Shown here one piece after another: positions 19,391-26,702 of a DNA stretch of 64,000 nt. The notes under the pieces are model-generated. The model made no database searches, was not told the origin of the DNA, and saw only the letters and a program-made list of their open reading frames with translations. The stretch is taken from the NCBI GenBank assembly GCA_947166515.1, contig CAMVEM010000002.1, positions 162-64,161 of the forward strand, written 5' to 3'. The stretch comes from an uncultured Clostridia bacterium. GTDB lineage: Bacteria; Bacillota; Clostridia; Oscillospirales; Ruminococcaceae. The stretch's first letter is position 1. Each line of letters opens with the position of its first letter. The translations under genes were made by a program, and so were the position numbers.

Positions 19391-20117
19391 AATTCTCCGC
19401 CCCCTTTCTGAACAGCTTTACCGATATCCTGCATGAAACATAATATGCCGCGATGCAGAAATAAGGAAACAGTCCGAGCCAGATTACTATGTCTCCGCTC
19501 TGGAGCCACATCATGAACGCCTCCAGAGGATCGTCGTCGGACAGGAGCCATGAAATGTCGCCGAACAGAAAATACAGTGCCGCAATTATGAATACTCCGC
19601 CTATGACCGCACCCTTTATGGCAACTCCTCTCTGCGAACCGAAGCGTATCATGAAAGGTATCTCTATAGCCGAAAGCAGCAGCGAAAAAACAAATATTAT
19701 GACGATCATAGCACTATTGTTCACAACTCCGCCGAGCATCGCGCAGGTTATCGTGTCCGATATGAACGTTAAGAACAATATTGAAACATTCAGAATAAGA
19801 ATGTAATAATATTTGGCTTCAACATGACCCTTTGCACCCTGAGGAAGCGACATCGTGAACGCGCAGCACGTCCTGCTCTCATCAACTGCGAACAGCGAGC
19901 TTATCGCCATTGAGGGCAGCCAGAATGCCAGAAAATAGCACGCCGCAAATCCGACAGTCAACTCTGTCAATTCTTCACTTTTCGGCGTCATTCCGCGCAG
20001 CGTAAACCCGAACAGACACATAAGGATAAGTGTCAGACAGCAGGCACCGGCCGTCACGAGCGAGAAGATCATCGAAGAAAGATTGAGACGGAAGTTTTTA
20101 TATAAAAGTCCCGACAT
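19380..20117 (-). CDS. ABC-2 family transporter permease
   Basis: About six TMs; MSGLLYKNF, SLP..VEAKY, IPFMIRFG; start reassigned to 20117. Confidence 0.8.
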   Translation of the reverse strand: MSGLLYKNFRLNLSSMIFSLVTAGACCLTLILMCLFGFTLRGMTPKSEELTELTVGFAACYFLAFWLPSMAISSLFAVDESRTCCAFTMSLPQGAKGHVEAKYYYILILNVSILFLTFISDTITCAMLGGVVNNSAMIVIIFVFSLLLSAIEIPFMIRFGSQRGVAIKGAVIGGVFIIAALYFLFGDISWLLSDDDPLEAFMMWLQSGDIVIWLGLFPYFCIAAYYVSCRISVKLFRKGAENYEQ

Positions 20118-20118
20118 A

Positions 20119-20895
20119 TTACTTCTCCCTCCTTCCGTAAAGCGCATACATCAGCCCGAATCCGACCGCCAGCTCGCCGAAGAATATTATCGGCGTGAGC
20201 GGAAATATCTGCTCACATAATCCGATAAGGTCTATCTCGGTTTTCGTCGAGCCGGGCTCCGGTGTATTGGTCACAAAAAAGATCACTTCTACTACAATGA
20301 CTGTTGCGATAAGCGCAAGCATACCCTTGTCCATGCCCCGGAAAATACGGATATACACCTGAGCTATGACAGACAGCAGCGTTACTGCCGAGACCGAAGT
20401 CGCAAGAACAGCGATCTCTCTGTAGCTGATGCTTTCGCCGATAAGAGCGTCAATGAATGATATATAGCCTATCGACAATACAAGCGCGGATGCGGCGGCT
20501 ATAAAGTTCATAAGAGTTTTCATTGCCGCGCGCCTTGCGGGAGTCACGGGCGTGCATTTTGCGTATCTCTGCCAGATCGCATACTCGTCTTTTCCGGCAA
20601 TGTCGGCTCCCGAAAAAATGAAGCTGAGTGTCATAAGCGTCGGAAAACCCTTTAGCCAGAGATACAGTGTGTTTTTCATATTCTGCTGCAAGCCTTCAAT
20701 GTCAAGCTCTCCCGTACCGGCTTGTGTGCCGGCGAGATAGTCAATTGCCTTCCCGATATTTCCGTACTTGAAGCTTATAAGCGTGAGCCAGCCGAACAAC
20801 GCCCACGCAGCGAACATTATCAGCCCCGTGATATACGATTTGCGCGCAAGATAAAATTCACGGTAGAGCTGTCCGGTGAAAGTTCCTCTCTTCAT
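20119..20895 (-). CDS. ABC-2 family transporter permease
   Basis: About six TMs; GQLYREFY, W.RYAKCTPVT; start reassigned to 20895 behind AAAGGTG. Confidence 0.75.
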   Translation of the reverse strand: MKRGTFTGQLYREFYLARKSYITGLIMFAAWALFGWLTLISFKYGNIGKAIDYLAGTQAGTGELDIEGLQQNMKNTLYLWLKGFPTLMTLSFIFSGADIAGKDEYAIWQRYAKCTPVTPARRAAMKTLMNFIAAASALVLSIGYISFIDALIGESISYREIAVLATSVSAVTLLSVIAQVYIRIFRGMDKGMLALIATVIVVEVIFFVTNTPEPGSTKTEIDLIGLCEQIFPLTPIIFFGELAVGFGLMYALYGRREK

Positions 20896-20908
20896 ATTAA
20901 CACACACA

Positions 20909-21004
20909 CCTTTCACTTTAATGCGGTTTTGCGAAGCAAAACAAGTTTTCTCAAAACGTGAGCATTGAAGTGACGAGTATGAAAATCTTTGATTTTCATA
21001 TCTC
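20909..21004 (+). repeat. Structured intergenic element family 2, copy B
   Basis: Homologue of 12405-12507; contains the GCGAAGC mini-hairpin. Confidence 0.85.
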
Positions 21005-21881
21005 AAAACCACTCCTTCTTTTCACGGTTGACATAAAACAGCATAATATCTTCGAGTGTCGTCTTTTCGATAGCCGTGCCGGAATATTTCTTCTCTGCGG
21101 CGGCTCTGTCGGAAACCATGACCTCCGCGCCGAAATCAGTTACGCGTGCGCTTATGAAGTCTTCGGGAGCTATCTCCTTATACTCCGCCTTTGTGCATTT
21201 TATAACGCCATGGCTTTCAAGAACATCGTCCTTATAGCCGGTCAGCAGTATCTTTCCCTTGTCTATGAATGTCACGCAGTCCGCTATCTTTTCGAGGTCG
21301 CTCGTGATATGCGAGGACATGAGTATCGAGCGGTCACCCTCCATAAGATATTCGCGGAACATATCGAGTATCTCGTTGCGCACAACGGGGTCGAGTCCCG
21401 TGGTCGCCTCGTCCATTATCAGGAGCTTCGCGCTGTGCGAGAGTGCAGTGGCGATCTGCATCTTCATCTTCATGCCCTTCGAGAACTTCTTGAGCTTTTT
21501 CTTCACGGGAAGTCCGAACCTGTCGCAAAGCTCAAAAAATCGCTTTTCATTCCACTCTCCATAGAGTCCTGAAAACATTTTTGAAAGCGCTGCGCCCGTG
21601 AAAGAATCATGGAACGGCAGCTCGTCGAACACGACTGCGATCTGCTCCTTGATATCATACTCGTCCTTTATGTGGTCGAGACCAAGCATTTTTATCTCGC
21701 CGCCGTCGTTTTTTATGATATTGAGCAGCGAGCGGATAGTCGTGGTCTTTCCGGCACCGTTCTGTCCGATGAATCCCATTATCGAGCCCTTTGGCACATC
21801 AAAGCTCACGTTGTCGAGCGTGAAGCCGTCGTATTTCTTGGTAAGCCCAGTTATTTCTATCGCGTTTTCATAATCAGTCAT
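21003..21881 (-). CDS. ABC transporter ATPase (YtrB-like)
   Basis: GQNGAGKTT, FSKGMKMK, DEATTGLDP, SSHI. Confidence 0.93.
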   Translation of the reverse strand: MTDYENAIEITGLTKKYDGFTLDNVSFDVPKGSIMGFIGQNGAGKTTTIRSLLNIIKNDGGEIKMLGLDHIKDEYDIKEQIAVVFDELPFHDSFTGAALSKMFSGLYGEWNEKRFFELCDRFGLPVKKKLKKFSKGMKMKMQIATALSHSAKLLIMDEATTGLDPVVRNEILDMFREYLMEGDRSILMSSHITSDLEKIADCVTFIDKGKILLTGYKDDVLESHGVIKCTKAEYKEIAPEDFISARVTDFGAEVMVSDRAAAEKKYSGTAIEKTTLEDIMLFYVNREKKEWF

Positions 21882-21925
21882 TGCTGTTTTCCTCCTTATA
21901 CTTCACAGTTCATCATGTTTTTTTC

Positions 21926-21960
21926 TTCTTCTCTCCCCGCCTCCGGCGGGGAGAGAAGAA
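21926..21960. repeat. Dispersed palindrome family 1, copy 2
   Basis: ttcttctctccccgcc-TCC-ggcggggagagaagaa; 16-bp perfect stem. Confidence 0.85.
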
Positions 21961-21979
21961 CAATATTTTATTTCTCGCT

Positions 21980-22360
21980 TTATGTGTTATCCTCCGAATA
22001 CATAAGTTCTATCATTTCTTTCAGCTCTTCGACCGTAAGCCCGCACATTCGCGCTTTTTCGCAGGCTTTTGCAAGAAGCTCCTCCGTCTGGCGGACGGAT
22101 TCCTCGCGCAGGAAATCTGTGTTCTGCGATTTTACAAAGCAGCCCTTTCCGGCGTAGTTTTCGATGTACCCGTCACGTTCGAGCTCTTCATAGGCGCGTT
22201 TTGTCGTGATAACGCTGATACGCAGCTGTGCCGCGAGGACTCTCATCGACGGCAGGGCGTCCCCTGCTGCAAGATCTCCGTTCATTATCTGCGTTTTTAC
22301 CTGTGAGACTATCTGCTGATAGATAGGCTCATCGGACGAATTTTTAAGAATGATATCCAT
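21980..22360 (-). CDS. GntR family (YtrA subfamily) transcriptional regulator
   Basis: PIYQQI..LPSMRVLA..SVITTKRAYEELE..GKGCFV; 126 aa; heads an ABC operon. Confidence 0.94.
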   Translation of the reverse strand: MDIILKNSSDEPIYQQIVSQVKTQIMNGDLAAGDALPSMRVLAAQLRISVITTKRAYEELERDGYIENYAGKGCFVKSQNTDFLREESVRQTEELLAKACEKARMCGLTVEELKEMIELMYSEDNT

Positions 22361-22375
22361 AGCTCCTCCGAATTT

Positions 22376-22424
22376 TGTATATATACATTATACACAGTAT
22401 AACACCAATATTATGATTTGTCAA
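22376..22424 (-). promoter_or_regulatory. sigma-A promoter with adjacent YtrA-type operator
   Basis: Minus strand TTGACA-17 nt-TATACT; palindrome TGTATA-7 nt-TATACA (22376-22394) directly downstream of the -10. Confidence 0.75.
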
Positions 22425-22472
22425 TAGCTTTTTTAAATTTTGATACTGTTTTACAAATTAATATTTGACATA

Positions 22473-22509
22473 ACAAAACCGCCGTTCATTACGAACGACG
22501 GTTTTGTTG
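22473..22509 (-). terminator. Terminator of the sigma/anti-sigma operon
   Basis: aacaaaaccgccgttc..gaacgacggttttgtt inverted repeat; its one mismatch is G-U on the minus strand. Confidence 0.75.
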
Positions 22510-22526
22510 TTATGACAAAGGTGTTT

Positions 22527-24290
22527 TTATCCCACGCGCATTGCCAAACGCTGACGGTCAGCAACTCCGGAAGAACCGGTATGTCCTATCTTTGTGCCTG
22601 CTTCAACAGTGTCACCCTCTGAGACATTCGCTTTGCTCAGGTGATACCAGAACCAATAATGTCCGTTATCATCGCATATCAGCACCGACAGCCCGAAACC
22701 GCCCTTATATCCGACAGATTCAACAGTGCCTCCGACTAACGCCGTAACATCGCAGTCGGCTTCTCCGTAAATGAAAAACTCTGCGCCGTCAAAGACAAAC
22801 AGATTTTTATCAAACGGAAGAATATAGTCAAGATCTGTCCCGCTGCGCTCTTTAACAAGCGCCCACGCGTCGTCACCCACTATCGGTTCATCAAGGAACG
22901 GACCGTAGAAACCGTTCCCGTTGCACAGAGCTTCGGGTAATGTGAACCCGGAAGTGTCACCGGAGGTTTCCTCGCCGCCTGTTGCCTCATAAGCGCCGCC
23001 TGTTGCCTCATAAGGCAGCTCGCCAGGGGCGTAAATTCCTGCGATCTGCGAAAGGTCGCCTTGTTCATTCGACTCACGCGAAGCATCCGGTTCAAAGATT
23101 ATCCGTTCACCGTTTAACATTACTGCCGCGATATTTCCGATGTCGATCTGATCGGGGTTCATCCACATAAAGCGAGTAAGATAGTTTGAATCCGTCGAAG
23201 TTACATTACACTTTCTGATGACTAAATCGATAGTCCTGATCGTTGCGGGGTCAATATCTTCGTTTGTGTCAGCACAGCCAATTTTCTCGCCCATTGTGTG
23301 TGCGCTCAGAAGAAATTCTTCCTCTGTTCCGTCCTTATACTGAATAACGCAGAACCTCGAGTCAGTTACTTCGCTGCCCATATCATCGGTAAGAAATTCC
23401 CGGTCACTTATGATATAAAAGCCGTTAGGAGACACAGTCACGGTGTACATATCGGAATTATTGACAGTTTGATAGATATGCTGCTGTTTTATGCCGGTCA
23501 CAGAATATGAGCCTATGTGTTCCGGCTGCCCGTTGTTTACATTTACCGGTATATGCTCGAATGTAATATTATTTATGGTCTCTCCCTCATCAAGCAAGAG
23601 TTCGGCAGAGCAAATGAAGCGGTTATTGCCAAGCGCCTCATAAGAGCTAAACCAATGTCTTTCGACAGTATCCTGATACTCATAAAAGTTGACCATAAAC
23701 GGGGCTATATTGCCGTTATGACCGGTGTTCGCATTGACCTTACTTTCGGCTTTGTAGATCACCCTTATAAAGTATCCGTCATAATCGATCTGCTCGATAG
23801 TCGCAGTCAGATCACTGAATTCCAGTACATCTCCGACAGCTTCCATAATATCTTTGCTGTCTCCCGCGTCTTTCTCGGCAGGATCCCTGTCCGATCCGAC
23901 CTGAAACATCGGCTTGTTTTCATTCCGGATATCTGCGGTACTTTCAGCGTTCGCATCTGTCTCATGATACCCCGCTCCGGTACTTGTTACGGGCTCTTTC
24001 TGCTTAAGACCTCCGTTTTCCTTCAGATAGCCTATTCCCCACACGCTCCCGCCTATCACAGCGACAGCGGCGGCAGTTCCGGCGACCGCGGTGAATATCC
24101 TGCGGCTCTTCTTCGGTTCGGCGCGCTCCGGAGTTATCTCCACAAGCCTGCGGCGCTCGAAGCCGTCATTTTTTTCTTTCATATTTTCAGTCCTTTCCAA
24201 CACTTTTGATAAAGCAGTACCGGGATCGGAACAAGGATATGCTTTATCGAGTGCGGAAACCGAACATTCAATTATTTCTTTATAGTTCAT
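22527..24290 (-). CDS. Putative single-pass anti-sigma factor with C-terminal degenerate M23/LytM domain
   Basis: Overlaps the ECF sigma stop; ~65-aa cytoplasmic N-terminus, one TM; C-terminal GGTVESVGYKGGFGLSV..YHLS..VSEGDTVEAGTKIGHTGSSG; HxxxD and HxH absent; start reassigned to 24290. Confidence 0.72.
   Translation of the reverse strand: MNYKEIIECSVSALDKAYPCSDPGTALSKVLERTENMKEKNDGFERRRLVEITPERAEPKKSRRIFTAVAGTAAAVAVIGGSVWGIGYLKENGGLKQKEPVTSTGAGYHETDANAESTADIRNENKPMFQVGSDRDPAEKDAGDSKDIMEAVGDVLEFSDLTATIEQIDYDGYFIRVIYKAESKVNANTGHNGNIAPFMVNFYEYQDTVERHWFSSYEALGNNRFICSAELLLDEGETINNITFEHIPVNVNNGQPEHIGSYSVTGIKQQHIYQTVNNSDMYTVTVSPNGFYIISDREFLTDDMGSEVTDSRFCVIQYKDGTEEEFLLSAHTMGEKIGCADTNEDIDPATIRTIDLVIRKCNVTSTDSNYLTRFMWMNPDQIDIGNIAAVMLNGERIIFEPDASRESNEQGDLSQIAGIYAPGELPYEATGGAYEATGGEETSGDTSGFTLPEALCNGNGFYGPFLDEPIVGDDAWALVKERSGTDLDYILPFDKNLFVFDGAEFFIYGEADCDVTALVGGTVESVGYKGGFGLSVLICDDNGHYWFWYHLSKANVSEGDTVEAGTKIGHTGSSGVADRQRLAMRVG
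22973..23014. repeat. Perfect 21-bp in-frame tandem duplication
   Basis: cgccgcctgttgcctcataag twice; encodes YEATGG(A/E) twice. Confidence 0.95.
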
Positions 24291-24774
24291 GATCTTCGTT
24301 CCTTTCATCGGTGATAAACTTTGCGAGCTGTTTTCTTCCCCTCATCAGGCGTGACAGCACAGCCGATCTTGATGAGCCCGTTATCTTCGCGATCTGCTCC
24401 GCGGAATATCCCTCGTAGTAGTGCAGATAAAGCGCAGTGCGGTATTTTTCGGGCAGCTTCATCAGCGGGATATCCGGCGCTGCGGAGCTGTCCTTGTCGT
24501 CGTAATGCACCTTTTCCTCCGCCTCCGTGAGCGGTAAGGAATTTCTGTGCCAGTACGAGCGCAGGATATTCCTGCTCCGGTTTATCGCGCATCTCAGGAG
24601 CCATGCTCTGACGTGCTCATCGCTGTTGAAGCTTCCGGAATATGTATATAGTCCGAGAAACACTTCCTGCGCGACATCGTCCGCGTCGCTGGGATTTTTC
24701 AGGTTTATGAGCGCTGTCCGATAAACGCTTCTGTAATACATCAGCATGTATTTTTCGAGCTCGGAAGGGGTCAC
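24280..24774 (-). CDS. ECF RNA polymerase sigma factor
   Basis: DADDVAQEVF, WLLRCAIN (region 2); LPEKYRTALYLHYYEGYS..IA..SRLMRGR (region 4). Confidence 0.93.
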   Translation of the reverse strand: MTPSELEKYMLMYYRSVYRTALINLKNPSDADDVAQEVFLGLYTYSGSFNSDEHVRAWLLRCAINRSRNILRSYWHRNSLPLTEAEEKVHYDDKDSSAAPDIPLMKLPEKYRTALYLHYYEGYSAEQIAKITGSSRSAVLSRLMRGRKQLAKFITDERNEDHEL

Positions 24775-24819
24775 GTTATCACCTCGCTTTTTGAATGATA
24801 TTGAAAGGACCTTTCATAT

Positions 24820-24850
24820 ATAAAACAAACCAGGCGCAGAAAAGATTGCA
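24820..24850 (-). promoter_or_regulatory. Possible autoregulatory ECF promoter
   Basis: Minus strand TGCAAT-17 nt-TGTT-TTATA, loosely like the tGCAAC..cGT promoters of Firmicute ECF sigmas. Confidence 0.4.
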
Positions 24851-25058
24851 TTTTTCTGTTTTTTATCTCATATTTTTATCATTATCTGCAATTCGCTTTT
24901 TTGATGTGAACCGCTGAATTTGCCGCTGGTTATGCGGTATCGCCGCGTTTAAAATTTTCAGAACGATGTAATTTTACCATAATGTTAAAGATTTTGACAT
25001 AGTTATTGTGCAAAGTTACAGAAAAGGTTTCATTTATAAAAAATGTTGGTCTTTCCGG

Positions 25059-25087
25059 TTGACATTTCCGAAATTGTATGTTATACT
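25059..25087 (+). promoter_or_regulatory. sigma-A promoter
   Basis: TTGACA-17 nt-TATACT with TG. Confidence 0.78.
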
Positions 25088-25173
25088 TTTGTCAAAGTAG
25101 GAGAACAGAAAAAGAACAAAAGAAATAAAATATAAGAGATAAGTTAGGCCCACTGATATAAAGGAGATAAGTT

Positions 25174-25476
25174 ATGAAAAAAACAATGATATTTACCGCC
25201 GACGGCGATACATACTTATCGGTGGTATACAAACCGGGTGAGATCACCCAAAGACACATTAAACTTGACAGTACACTGTACTATGCCGAAATAACCGGAA
25301 ACGAACAGAACGGTTTTGCCGTGAGATTTCACCTTCCCTACTTCAAGAAATACAACAAGGGCGGGTTCATCTCAAAGCAGAGCGCTCTGAACTATGAACA
25401 GGACATCTGCGACGCGCACTTTGACGACTATATCGCGGGAGAACCAGAAGAGATATACGAATCAGTCATAGCATGA
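25174..25476 (+). CDS. Hypothetical protein, possible Arm/AP2-like DNA-binding motif
   Basis: AAGGAG RBS, own promoter and terminator; motif KKYNKGGFISKQSALNYE. Confidence 0.7.
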   Translation: MKKTMIFTADGDTYLSVVYKPGEITQRHIKLDSTLYYAEITGNEQNGFAVRFHLPYFKKYNKGGFISKQSALNYEQDICDAHFDDYIAGEPEEIYESVIA

Positions 25477-25483
25477 TCGTTTC

Positions 25484-25514
25484 CGGCAGGCATCGTATGA
25501 TGACTGCCGTTTTT
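25484..25514 (+). terminator. Intrinsic terminator
   Basis: cggcag-gcatc..gatga-ctgccg followed by TTTTT. Confidence 0.7.
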
Positions 25515-25531
25515 GCGCAAAAGGAGCTCCC

Positions 25532-26485
25532 ATGAAAAAAAGTCTTTCAAGAATCATCGCAGCGGCCGCTGCTTCGGCACTTCTGCTTTCCGGCTGCGCA
25601 AGAGTGCCCGATCCTCCGGAGTTCGACCCCGACAGCTCCGATGTAAAGATCACCCTTTCAGAGCTTTGCGGCGAAAATACCGAAGAAGCTGTGCTCAGAG
25701 ATCACGAGAACTTCTATGTTATCGTCAATCGCCTCAACAGCAGATATAACGAATTCGGGTATTTCCGCAACAATGATATGTTCTTCTACGAATATTTCAA
25801 GCCGGATACGAGAGCTCACAACGCCGATCTTTATTACAGCGGCGGCAGGTGGTATATGGATTATTCCGAAGAAGGAACTCCTGACCTTGAATACCGCTGG
25901 TATGCTATGAGCGACGACGAGATGCGCTCTGTGATACTGTCCGAAGATACGCTGGAATTCTTTGATCCAGCCACTGCGGAAAAAGAGCGGTTATACGAAA
26001 TAACAACAAACGAAAAAGGCGAGGCTTACGCATATACCACAGAGAGCAGAGAAGCACTGAAAGCTGTAATGGAAAAGCTGAGCTTATCGGGTATGCAGTT
26101 CAACGGTGCAAGATACGATCACAGATATATCTTTGACAAAGAGACCGGCGATCTTATCAACCGTTCCGATTACATCTCACTCGCGTCCGGAGTCCACTAT
26201 CGCTTATACGACACCGAAACCCTGTATGATGTGAACGAACCGGATTTCATGCACATGGTGATGTCCGCCACAGATAACGCGCTCAATGACGAGGAAGCCG
26301 AAAAAGTTACACTGACCGCTGTGTATGACGACGGACAGACATTCACGATACAGTATAACGGGACATACAAAGTGAGCCTTGTTCCGAAAGCAGGATATAC
26401 CGCTTATACCAACGCGCAGAAAACCGCTCCGTTTGAAGGATTTTTCCCATACGAGGACACAACGGTGTATCTTTTCAAAGAATGA
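25532..26485 (+). CDS. Uncharacterised lipoprotein
   Basis: MKK signal peptide with LLLSGC lipobox; AAGGAG RBS. Confidence 0.8.
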   Translation: MKKSLSRIIAAAAASALLLSGCARVPDPPEFDPDSSDVKITLSELCGENTEEAVLRDHENFYVIVNRLNSRYNEFGYFRNNDMFFYEYFKPDTRAHNADLYYSGGRWYMDYSEEGTPDLEYRWYAMSDDEMRSVILSEDTLEFFDPATAEKERLYEITTNEKGEAYAYTTESREALKAVMEKLSLSGMQFNGARYDHRYIFDKETGDLINRSDYISLASGVHYRLYDTETLYDVNEPDFMHMVMSATDNALNDEEAEKVTLTAVYDDGQTFTIQYNGTYKVSLVPKAGYTAYTNAQKTAPFEGFFPYEDTTVYLFKE

Positions 26486-26495
26486 TAATCACATG

Positions 26496-26527
26496 ATCTC
26501 CCCTGCCCAGCACGGGGGAGATTTTTT
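26496..26527 (+). terminator. Intrinsic terminator
   Basis: atctcccc..ggggagat followed by a T tract. Confidence 0.75.
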
Positions 26528-26560
26528 CTGTCACTGACCTGTTTCAGAGCGTATGAAAGC

Positions 26561-26589
26561 TTGACAAATCATTTATACAGTATTATAAT
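26561..26589 (+). promoter_or_regulatory. Consensus sigma-A promoter of the hybrid kinase operon
   Basis: TTGACA-17 nt-TATAAT. Confidence 0.85.
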
Positions 26590-26613
26590 AAGTGTGTGTT
26601 TTTACTATTGCAA

Positions 26614-26650
26614 TTTATGTCTCCCCTGCCTCCGGCGGGGGAAACATAAA
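26614..26650. repeat. Dispersed palindrome family 1, copy 3 (in 5' UTR)
   Basis: tttatgtctcccctgcc-TCC-ggcgggggaaacataaa. Confidence 0.85.
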
Positions 26651-26702
26651 CAAGAATTTAATTAAGCTGTAAATATATATTTTATTACCGGAGGTGAGCG
26701 TG

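Noticed and set aside
26496-26527. Hairpins at 26496, 5870 and 16987 with cccc..gggg arms as extra family-1 copies
   Set aside because: They lack the GCC-TCC-GGC core and sit directly after stop codons; better explained as ordinary terminators or 3' stems
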